Source of the DNA: Auanema rhodensis
Lineage: Eukaryota > Animalia > Nematoda
Direction: 5' to 3'
Assembly: GCA_964057225.1 (NCBI GenBank)
Contig: OZ059897.1
Coordinates: 19,716,001-19,780,000 of the forward strand
DNA: 64,000 nucleotides
Shown: piece by piece, positions 1 to 10,877 of the stretch
Layout of the letters: each line of letters opens with the position of its first letter
Numbering within the stretch: position 1 is the stretch's first letter
The notes under the pieces: model-generated
The model's database searches: none
Told to the model about the DNA's origin: nothing
What the model saw: the letters and a program-made list of their open reading frames with translations, nothing else
Position numbers and translations under genes: made by a program

Positions 1-373
1 ATTTCTTCAGGGTGAAAATCGAGGATATAAGTGTGAACTTATATCAGTTGATATCTCGGTGCATTTTTAAGCTAGCGCAAATCTGATAACACAGATCGAC
101 GCAGCTTAAAAATCCGCATCGAATGCACTATACTACATTGAAAAACGCTTGATACAAAATTAGTTATGATCTTTTGAAAAATGATGCATTAGTGTATGTT
201 GAGTTTCCATGTACACTCAACATTGCTTCCAAAAACATTTTGACAAAAATTTTTTCGAAAAATTTCAAAATAATTTAGCAAAAAGTAGATGTTTTTAGAT
301 TCCATTTTTCAAGGCAAAGACGATGGACAATGTTATTCAACGAAAAAATTAATTCTTCAGGGTGAAAATCGAG

Positions 374-395
374 GATATAAGTGTGAACTTATATC
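374..395. other. Inverted repeat / hairpin 1 of the monomer (p24-45): 9-bp perfect stem with GTGA loop; repeated in every monomer
   Basis: GATATAAGT (374-382) is the exact reverse complement of ACTTATATC (387-395); the loop is GTGA (383-386). Confidence 0.9.
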
Positions 396-405
396 AGTTG
401 ATATC

Positions 406-472
406 TCGGTGCATTTTTAAGCTAGCGCAAATCTGATAACACAGATCGACGCAGCTTAAAAATCCGCATCGA
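406..472. other. Long imperfect inverted repeat / hairpin 2 of the monomer (p56-122)
   Basis: ATTTTTAAGCT (413-423) pairs with AGCTTAAAAAT (453-463), 11 bp perfect. Inside are GCG/CGC and ATCTG (431-435)/CAGAT (442-446) around the loop ATAACA. Outside is TCGGTGC (406-412)/GCATCGA (466-472) with one G-T pair. About 26 paired positions in total. Confidence 0.88.
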
Positions 473-546
473 ATGCACTATACTACATTGAGAAACGCTT
501 AATACAAAAATTAGTTATGATCGTTTGAAAAATGATGCATTAGTGT

Positions 547-574
547 ATGTTGAGTTTCCATGTACACTCAACAT
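547..574. other. Inverted repeat / hairpin 3 of the monomer (p197-224): 9-bp perfect stem, 10-nt loop
   Basis: ATGTTGAGT (547-555) is the exact reverse complement of ACTCAACAT (566-574). Confidence 0.88.
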
Positions 575-587
575 TGCTTCCAAAAAC

Positions 588-622
588 ATTTTGACAAAAA
601 TTTTTTCGAAAAATTTCAAAAT
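588..622. other. A/T-tract dyad / hairpin 4 of the monomer (p238-272)
   Basis: AAATTTTT (598-605)-TCG-AAAAATTT (609-616), flanked by ATTTTG (588-593)/CAAAAT (617-622). Low complexity, so partly expected by chance. Confidence 0.65.
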
Positions 623-3600
623 AATTTAGCAAAAAGTAGATGTTTTTAGATTCCATTTTTCAAGGCAAAGACGATAGACAATGTTATTCAACGAAAAAAT
701 TAATTCTTCAGGGTGAAAATCGAGGATATAAGTGTGAACTTATATCAGTTGATATCTCGGTGCATTTTTAAGCTAGCGCAAATCTGATAACACAGATCGA
801 CGCAGCTTAAAAATCCGCATCGAATGCACTTTACTACATTGAGAAACGCTTAATACAAAAATTAGTTATGATTGTTTGAAAAATGATGCATTAGTGTATG
901 TTGAGTTTCCATGTACACTCAACATTGCTTCCAAAAACATTTTGACAAAAATTTTTTCGAAAAATTTCAAAATAATTTAGCAAAAAGTAGATGTTTTTAG
1001 ATTCCATTTTTCAAGGCAAAGACGATGGACAATGTTATTCAACGAAAAAATTAATTCTTCAGGGTGAAAATCGAGGATATAAGTGTGAACTTATATCAGT
1101 TGATATCTCGGTGCATTTTTAAGCTAGCGCAAATCTGATAACACAGATCGACGCAGCTTAAAAATCCGCATCGAATGCACTATACTACATTGAGAAACGC
1201 TTAATACAAAAATTAGTTATGATCGTTTGAAAAATGATGCATTAGTGTATGTTGAGTTTCCATGTACACTCAACATTGCTTCCAAAAACATTTTGACAAA
1301 AATTTTTTTGAAAAAATTCAAAATAATTTAGCAAAAAGTAGATGTTTTTAGATTCCTTTTTTCAAGGCAAAGACAATGGACAATGTTATTCAACGAAAAA
1401 ATTATTTCTTCAGGGTGAAAATCGAGGATATAAGTGTGAACTTATATCAGTTGATATCTCGGTGCATTTTTAAGCTAGCGCAAATCTGATAACACAGATC
1501 GACGCAGCTTAAAAATCCGCATCGAATGCACTATACTACATTGAGAAACGCTTAATACAAAATATAGTTATGATCGTTTGAAAAATGATGCATTAGTGTA
1601 TGTTGAGTTTCCATGTACACTCAACATTGCTTCCAAAAACATTTTGACAAAAATTTTTTCGAAAAATTTCAAAATAATTTAGCAAAAAGTAGATGTTTTT
1701 AGATTCCATTTTTCAAGGCAAAGACGATAGACAATGTTATTCAACGAAAAAATTAATTCTTCAGGGTGAAAATCGAGGATATAAGTGTGAACTTATATCA
1801 GTTGATATCTCGGTGCATTTTTAAGCTAGCGCAAATCTGATAACACAGATCGACGCAGCTTAAAAATCCGCATCGAATGCACTATACTACATTGAGAAAC
1901 GCTTAATACAAAAATTAGTTATGATCGTTTGAAAAATGATGCATTAGTGTATGTTGAGTTTCCATGTACACTCAACATTGCTTCCAAAAACATTTTGACA
2001 AAAATTTTTTCGAAAAATTTCAAAATAATTTAGCAAAAAGTAGATGTTTTTAGATTCCATTTTTCAAGGCAAAGACGATGGACAATGTTATTCAACGAAA
2101 AAATTAATTCTTCAGGGTGAAAATCGAGGATATAAGTGTGAACTTATATCAGTTGATATCTCGGTGCATTTTTAAGCTAGCGCAAATCTGATAACACAGA
2201 TCGACGCAGCTTAAAAATCCGCATCGAATGCACTATACTACATTGAGAAACGCTTAATACAAAAATTAGTTATGATCGTTTGAAAAATGATGCATTAGTG
2301 TATGTTGAGTTTCCATGTACACTCAACATTGCTTCCAAAAACATTTTGACAAAAATTTTTTTGAAAAAATTCAAAATAATTTAGCAAAAAGTAGATGTTT
2401 TTAGATTCCTTTTTTCAAGGCAAAGACGATGGACAATGTTATTCAACGAAAAAATTATTTCTTCAGGGTGAAAATCGAGGATATAAGTGTGAACTTATAT
2501 CAGTTGATATCTCGGTGCATTTTTAAGCTAGCGCAAATCTGATAACACAGATCGACGCAGCTTAAAAATCCGCATCGAATGCACTATACTACATTGAGAA
2601 ACGCTTAATACAAAAATTAGTTATGATCGTTTGAAAAATGATGCATTAGTGTATGTTGAGTTTCCATGTACACTCAACATTGCTTCCAAAAACATTTTGA
2701 CAAAAATTTTTTCGAAAAATTTCAAAATAATTTAGCAGAAAGTAGATGTTTTTAGATTCCATTTTTCAAGGCAAAGACGATGGACAATGTTATTCAACGA
2801 AAAAATTAATTCTTCAGGGTGAAAATCGAGGATATAAGTGTGAACTTATATCAGTTGATATCTCGGTGCATTTTTAAGCTAGCGCAAATCTGATAACACA
2901 GATCGACGCAGCTTAAAAATCCGCATCGAATGCACTATACTACATTGAGAAACGCTTAATACAAAAATTAGTTATGATCGTTTGAAAAATGATGCATTAG
3001 TGTATGTTGAGTTTCCATGTACACTCAACATTGCTTCCAAAAACATTTTGACAAAAATTTTTTTGAAAAAATTCAAAATAATTTAGCAAAAAGTAGATGT
3101 TTTTAGATTCCTTTTTTCAAAGCAAAGACGATGGACAATGTTATTCAACGAAAAAATTATTTCTTCAGGGTGAAAATCGAGGATATAAGTGTGAACTTAT
3201 ATCAGTTGATATCTCGGTGCATTTTTAAGCTAGCGCAAATCTGATAACACAGATCGACGCAGCTTAAAAATCCGCATCGAATGCACTATACTACATTGAA
3301 AAACGCTTGATACAAAATTAGTTATGATCTTTTGAAAAATGATGCATTAGTGTATGTTGAGTTTCCATGTACACTCAACATTGCTTCCAAAAACATTTTG
3401 ACAAAAATTTTTTCGAAAAATTTCAAAATAATTTAGCAAAAAGTAGATGTTTTTAGATTCCATTTTTCAAGGCAAAGACGATGGACAATGTTATTCAACG
3501 AAAAAATTAATTCTTCAGGGTGAAAATCGAGGATATAAGTGTGAACTTATATCAGTTGATATCTCGGTGCATTTTTAAGCTAGCGCAAATCTGATAACAC

Positions 3601-6600
3601 AGATCGACGCAGCTTAAAAATCCGCATCGAATGCACTATACTACATTGAGAAACGCTTAATACAAAAATTAGTTATGATCGTTTGAAAAATGATGCATTA
3701 GTGTATGTTGAGTTTCCATGTACACTCAACATTGCTTCCAAAAACATTTTGACAAAAATTTTTTCGAAAAATTTCAAAATAATTTAGCAAAAAGTAGATG
3801 TTTTTAGATTCCATTTTTCAAGGCAAAGACGATAGACAATGTTATTCAACGAAAAAATTAATTCTTCAGGGTGAAAATCGAGGATATAAGTGTGAACTTA
3901 TATCAGTTGATATCTCGGTGCATTTTTAAGCTAGCGCAAATCTGATAACACAGATCGACGCAGCTTAAAAATCCGCATCGAATGCACTATACTACATTGA
4001 GAAACGCTTAATACAAAAATTAGTTATGATTGTTTGAAAAATGATGCATTAGTGTATGTTGAGTTTCCATGTACACTCAACATTGCTTCCAAAAACATTT
4101 TGACAAAAATTTTTTCGAAAAATTTCAAAATAATTTAGCAAAAAGTAGATGTTTTTAGATTCCATTTTTCAAGGCAAAGACGATGGACAATGTTATTCAA
4201 CGAAAAAATTAATTCTTCAGGGTGAAAATCGAGGATATAAGTGTGAACTTATATCAGTTGATATCTCGGTGCATTTTTAAGCTAGCGCAAATCTGATAAC
4301 ACAGATCGACGCAGCTTAAAAATCCGCATCGAATGCACTATACTACATTGAGAAACGCTTAATACAAAAATTAGTTATGATCGTTTGAAAAATGATGCAT
4401 TAGTGTATGTTGAGTTTCCATGTACACTCAACATTGCTTCCAAAAACATTTTGACAAAAATTTTTTTGAAAAAATTCAAAATAATTTAGCAAAAAGTAGA
4501 TGTTTTTAGATTCCTTTTTTCAAGGCAAAGACAATGGACAATGTTATTCAACGAAAAAATTATTTCTTCAGGGTGAAAATCGAGGATATAAGTGTGAACT
4601 TATATCAGTTGATATCTCGGTGCATTTTTAAGCTAGCGCAAATCTGATAACACAGATCGACGCAGCTTAAAAATCCGCATCGAATGCACTATACTACATT
4701 GAGAAACGCTTAATACAAAATATAGTTATGATCGTTTGAAAAATGATGCATTAGTGTATGTTGAGTTTCCATGTACACTCAACATTGCTTCCAAAAACAT
4801 TTTGACAAAAATTTTTTCGAAAAATTTCAAAATAATTTAGCAAAAAGTAGATGTTTTTAGATTCCATTTTTCAAGGCAAAGACGATAGACAATGTTATTC
4901 AACGAAAAAATTAATTCTTCAGGGTGAAAATCGAGGATATAAGTGTGAACTTATATCAGTTGATATCTCGGTGCATTTTTAAGCTAGCGCAAATCTGATA
5001 ACACAGATCGACGCAGCTTAAAAATCCGCATCGAATGCACTATACTACATTGAGAAACGCTTAATACAAAAATTAGTTATGATCGTTTGAAAAATGATGC
5101 ATTAGTGTATGTTGAGTTTCCATGTACACTCAACATTGCTTCCAAAAACATTTTGACAAAAATTTTTTCGAAAAATTTCAAAATAATTTAGCAAAAAGTA
5201 GATGTTTTTAGATTCCATTTTTCAAGGCAAAGACGATGGACAATGTTATTCAACGAAAAAATTAATTCTTCAGGGTGAAAATCGAGGATATAAGTGTGAA
5301 CTTATATCAGTTGATATCTCGGTGCATTTTTAAGCTAGCGCAAATCTGATAACACAGATCGACGCAGCTTAAAAATCCGCATCGAATGCACTATACTACA
5401 TTGAGAAACGCTTAATACAAAAATTAGTTATGATCGTTTGAAAAATGATGCATTAGTGTATGTTGAGTTTCCATGTACACTCAACATTGCTTCCAAAAAC
5501 ATTTTGACAAAAATTTTTTTGAAAAAATTCAAAATAATTTAGCAAAAAGTAGATGTTTTTAGATTCCTTTTTTCAAGGCAAAGACGATGGACAATGTTAT
5601 TCAACGAAAAAATTATTTCTTCAGGGTGAAAATCGAGGATATAAGTGTGAACTTATATCAGTTGATATCTCGGTGCATTTTTAAGCTAGCGCAAATCTGA
5701 TAACACAGATCGACGCAGCTTAAAAATCCGCATCGAATGCACTATACTACATTGAGAAACGCTTAATACAAAAATTAGTTATGATCGTTTGAAAAATGAT
5801 GCATTAGTGTATGTTGAGTTTCCATGTACACTCAACATTGCTTCCAAAAACATTTTGACAAAAATTTTTTCGAAAAATTTCAAAATAATTTAGCAAAAAG
5901 TAGATGTTTTTAGATTCCATTTTTCAAGGCAAAGACGATGGACAATGTTATTCAACGAAAAAATTAATTCTTCAGGGTGAAAATCGAGGATATAAGTGTG
6001 AACTTATATCAGTTGATATCTCGGTGCATTTTTAAGCTAGCGCAAATCTGATAACACAGATCGACGCAGCTTAAAAATCCGCATCGAATGCACTATACTA
6101 CATTGAGAAACGCTTAATACAAAAATTAGTTATGATCGTTTGAAAAATGATGCATTAGTGTATGTTGAGTTTCCATGTACACTCAACATTGCTTCCAAAA
6201 ACATTTTGACAAAAATTTTTTTGAAAAAATTCAAAATAATTTAGCAAAAAGTAGATGTTTTTAGATTCCTTTTTTCAAAGCAAAGACGATGGACAATGTT
6301 ATTCAACGAAAAAATTATTTCTTCAGGGTGAAAATCGAGGATATAAGTGTGAACTTATATCAGTTGATATCTCGGTGCATTTTTAAGCTAGCGCAAATCT
6401 GATAACACAGATCGACGCAGCTTAAAAATCCGCATCGAATGCACTATACTACATTGAGAAACGCTTAATACAAAAATTAGTTATGATCGTTTGAAAAATG
6501 ATGCATTAGTGTATGTTGAGTTTCCATGTACACTCAACATTGCTTCCAAAAACATTTTGACAAAAATTTTTTCGAAAAATTTCAAAATAATTTAGCAAAA

Positions 6601-8773
6601 AGTAGATGTTTTTAGATTCCATTTTTCAAGGCAAAGACGATGGACAATGTTATTCAACGAAAAAATTAATTCTTCAGGGTGAAAATCGAGGATATAAGTG
6701 TGAACTTATATCAGTTGATATCTCGGTGCATTTTTAAGCTAGCGCAAATCTGATAACACAGATCGACGCAGCTTAAAAATCCGCATCGAATGCACTATAC
6801 TACATTGAGAAACGCTTAATACAAAAATTAGTTATGATCGTTTGAAAAATGATGCATTAGTGTATGTTGAGTTTCCATGTACACTCAACATTGCTTCCAA
6901 AAACATTTTGACAAAAATTTTTTTGAAAAAATTCAAAATAATTTAGCAAAAAGTAGATGTTTTTAGATTCCTTTTTTCAAGGCAAAGACGATGGACAATG
7001 TTATTCAACGAAAAAATTATTTCTTCAGGGTGAAAATCGAGGATATAAGTGTGAACTTATATCAGTTGATATCTCGGTGCATTTTTAAGCTAGCGCAAAT
7101 CTGATAACACAGATCGACGCAGCTTAAAAATCCGCATCGAATGCACTATACTACATTGAGAAACGCTTAATACAAAAATTAGTTATGATCGTTTGAAAAA
7201 TGATGCATTAGTGTATGTTGAGTTTCCATGTACACTCAACATTGCTTCCAAAAACATTTTGACAAAAATTTTTTTGAAAAAATTCAAAATAATTTAGCAA
7301 AAAGTAGATGTTTTTAGATTCCTTTTTTCAAGGCAAAGACGATGGACAATGTTATTCAACGAAAAAATTATTTCTTCAGGGTGAAAATCGAGGATATAAG
7401 TGTGAACTTATATCAGTTGATATCTCGGTGCATTTTTAAGCTAGCGCAAATCTGATAACACAGATCGACGCAGCTTAAAAATCCGCATCGAATGCACTAT
7501 ACTACATTGAAAAACGCTTGATACAAAAATTAGTTATGATCTTTTGAAAAATGATGCATTAGTGTATGTTGAGTTTCCATGTACACTCAACATTGCTTCC
7601 AAAAACATTTTGACAAAAATTTTTTCGAAAAATTTCAAAATAATTTAGCAAAAAGTAGATGTTTTTAGATTCCATTTCTCAAGGCAAAGACGATAGACAA
7701 TGTTATTCAACGAAAAAATTAATTCTTCAGGGTGAAAATCGAGGATATAAGTGTGAACTTATATCAGTTGATATCTCGGTGCATTTTTAAGCTAGCGCAA
7801 ATCTGATAACACAGATCGACGCAGCTTAAAAATCCGCATCGAATGCACTATACTACATTGAGAAACGCTTAATACAAAAATTAGTTATGATCGTTTGAAA
7901 AATGATGCATTAGTGTATGTTGAGTTTCCATGTACACTCAACATTGCTTCCAAAAACATTTTGACAAAAATTTTTTCGAAAAATTTCAAAATAATTTAGC
8001 AAAAAGTAGATGTTTTTATATTCCATTTTTCAAGGCAAAGACGATAGACAATGTTATTCAACGAAAAAATTAATTCTTCAGGGTGAAAATCGAGGATATA
8101 AGTGTGAACTTATATCAGTTGATATCTCGGTGCATTTTTAAGCTAGCGCAAATCTGATAACACAGATCGACGCAGCTTAAAAATCCGCATCGAATGCACT
8201 ATACTACATTGAGAAACGCTTAATACAAAAATTAGTTATGATCGTTTGAAAAATGATGCATTAGTGTATGTTGAGTTTCCATGTACACTCAACATTGCTT
8301 CCAAAAACATTTTGACAAAACTTTTTTCGAAAAATTTCAAAATAATTTAGCAAAAAGTAGATGTTTTTAGATTCCATTTTTCAAGGCAAAGACGATAGAC
8401 AATGTTATTCAACGAAAAAATTAATTCTTCAGGGTGAAAATCGAGGATATAAGTGTGAACTTATATCAGTTGATATCTCGGTGCATTTTTAAGCTAGCGC
8501 AAATCTGATAACACAGATCGACGCAGCTTAAAAATCCGCATCGAATGCACTATACTACATTGAGAAACGCTTAATACAAAAATTAGTTATGATCGTTTGA
8601 AAAATGATGCATTAGTGTATGTTGAGTTTCCATGTACACTCAACATTGCTTCCAAAAACATTTTGACAAAAATTTTTTCGAAAAATTTCAAAATAATTTA
8701 GCAAAAAGTAGATGTTTTTAGATTCCATTTTTCAAGGCAAAGACGATGGACAATGTTATTCAACGAAAAAATT

Positions 8774-10877
8774 AATTCTTCAGGGTGAAAATCGAGGATA
8801 TAAGTGTGAACTTATATCAGTTGATATCTCGGTGCATTTTTAAGCTAGCGCAAATCTGATAACACAGATCGACGCAGCTTAAAAATCCACATCGAATGCA
8901 CTATACTACATTGAGAAACGCTTAATACAAAAATTAGTTATGATCGTTTGAAAAATGATGCATTAGTGTATGTTGAGTTTCCATGTACACTCAACATTGC
9001 TTCCAAAAACATTTTGACAAAAATTTTTTCGAAAAATTTCAAAATAATTTAGCAGAAAGTAGATGTTTTTAGATTCCATTTTTCAAGGCAAAGACGATGG
9101 ACAATGTTATTCAACGAAAAAATTAATTCTTCAGGGTGAAAATCGAGGATATAAGTGTGAACTTATATCAGTTGATATCTCGGTGCATTTTTAAGCTAGC
9201 GCAAATCTGATAACACAGATCGACGCAGCTTAAAAATCCGCATCGAATGCACTATACTACATTGAGAAACGCTTAATACAAAAATTAGTTATGATCGTTT
9301 GAAAAATGATGCATTAGTGTATGTTGAGTTTCCATGTACACTCAACATTGCTTCCAAAAACATTTTGACAAAAATTTTTTTGAAAAAATTCAAAATAATT
9401 TAGCAAAAAGTAGATGTTTTTAGATTCCTTTTTTCAAAGCAAAGACGATGGACAATGTTATTCAACGAAAAAATTATTTCTTCAGGGTGAAAATCGAGGA
9501 TATAAGTGTGAACTTATATCAGTTGATATCTCGGTGCATTTTTAAGCTAGCGCAAATCTGATAACACAGATCGACGCAGCTTAAAAATCCGCATCGAATG
9601 CACTATACTACATTGAAAAACGCTTGATACAAAATTAGTTATGATCGTTTGAAAAATGATGCATTAGTGTATGTTGAGTTTCCATGTACACTCAACATTG
9701 CTTCCAAAAACATTTTGACAAAAATTTTTTCGAAAAATTTCAAAATAATTTAGCAAAAAGTAGATGTTTTTAGATTCCATTTTTCAAGGCAAAGACGATA
9801 GACAATGTTATTCAACGAAAAAATTAATTCTTCAGGGTGAAAATCGAGGATATAAGTGTGAACTTATATCAGTTGATATCTCGGTGCATTTTTAAGCTAG
9901 CGCGAATCTGATAACACAGATCGACGCAGCTTAAAAATCCGCATCGAATGCACTATACTACATTGAGAAACGCTTAATACAAAAATTAGTTATGATCGTT
10001 TGAAAAATGATGCATTAGTGTATGTTGAGTTTCCATGTACACTCAACATTGCTTCCAAAAACATTTTGACAAAAATTTTTTCGAAAAATTTCAAAATAAT
10101 TTAGCAGAAAGTAGATGTTTTTAGATTCCATTTTTCAAGGCAAAGACGATGGACAATGTTATTCAACGAAAAAATTAATTCTTCAGGGTGAAAATCGAGG
10201 ATATAAGTGTGAACTTATATCAGTTGATATCTCGGTGCATTTTTAAGCTAGCGCAAATCTGATAACACAGATCGACGCAGCTTAAAAATCCGCATCGAAT
10301 GCACTATACTACATTGAGAAACGCTTAATACAAAAATTAGTTATGATCGTTTGAAAAATGATGCATTAGTGTATGTTGAGTTTCCATGTACACTCAACAT
10401 TGCTTCCAAAAACATTTTGACAAAAATTTTTTTGAAAAAATTCAAAATAATTTAGCAAAAAGTAGATGTTTTTAGATTCCTTTTTTCAAAGCAAAGACGA
10501 TGGACAATGTTATTCAACGAAAAAATTATTTCTTCAGGGTGAAAATCGAGGATATAAGTGTGAACTTATATCAGTTGATATCTCGGTGCATTTTTAAGCT
10601 AGCGCAAATCTGATAACACAGATCGACGCAGCTTAAAAATCCGCATCGAATGCACTATACTACATTGAAAAACGCTTGATACAAAATTAGTTATGATCGT
10701 TTGAAAAATGATGCATTAGTGTATGTTGAGTTTCCATGTACACTCAACATTGCTTCCAAAAACATTTTGACAAAAATTTTTTCGAAAAATTTCAAAATAA
10801 TTTAGCAAAAAGTAGATGTTTTTAGATTCCATTTTTCAAGGCAAAGACGATAGACAATGTTATTCAACGAAAAAATT
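8774..10877 (+). repeat. Tandem duplication of a 3-monomer block (1052-bp unit)
   Basis: M26-28 and M29-31 each read: A282G monomer; C257T/T264A/A305T/G314A monomer; 350-bp G142A/A151G monomer. Confidence 0.88.

Larger units (their letters stand above)
351..701 (+). repeat. Representative consensus-type monomer (M2), 351 bp, ~69% AT
   Basis: Hand count gives 53 C + 56 G of 351 bases. Each consensus monomer has one EcoRV (p50-55), NheI (p71-76), NsiI (p185-190), BsrGI (p211-216) and BstBI (p255-260) site, so a 351-bp restriction ladder is predicted. Confidence 0.97.
1..6316 (+). repeat. Tandem duplication of a 9-monomer block (3158-bp unit; 1-3158 and 3159-6316)
   Basis: The same ordered rare markers occur in M1-9 and M10-18: 350-bp monomer, GATTGTTTG (p172T), AGACAATGG (p323A), CAAAATATAG, and C257T+T264A copies at unit positions 4, 7 and 9. 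Only two differences were seen (831, 2738). Confidence 0.92.

Noticed and set aside
354-360. Hammerhead ribozyme core CUGANGA on the minus strand (CTGAAGA), as found in some animal satellites
   Set aside because: The next GAAA on that strand is about 43 nt downstream with no closing stem II, and I could not build stems I and III around an NUH site. The + strand CTGATAA does not match the core. An Infernal/RNAMotif search would be decisive.
374-622. Hairpins as bacterial rho-independent terminators or promoters
   Set aside because: The stems are AT-rich with no adjacent U-tract or upstream gene, and the context is a eukaryote-type satellite.
680-696. CENP-B-box-like motif on the minus strand (TTTCGTTGAATAACATT)
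   Set aside because: It matches only the 5' half (TTCG and the central A); the essential CGGG is absent.
351-701. MITE or Helitron origin of the monomer (inverted repeats; CTAG at p72-75)
   Set aside because: There are no terminal inverted repeats with target-site duplications and no GC-rich hairpin just upstream of the CTAG. With no array end in the window to test, a TE origin is unsupported, though not excluded.
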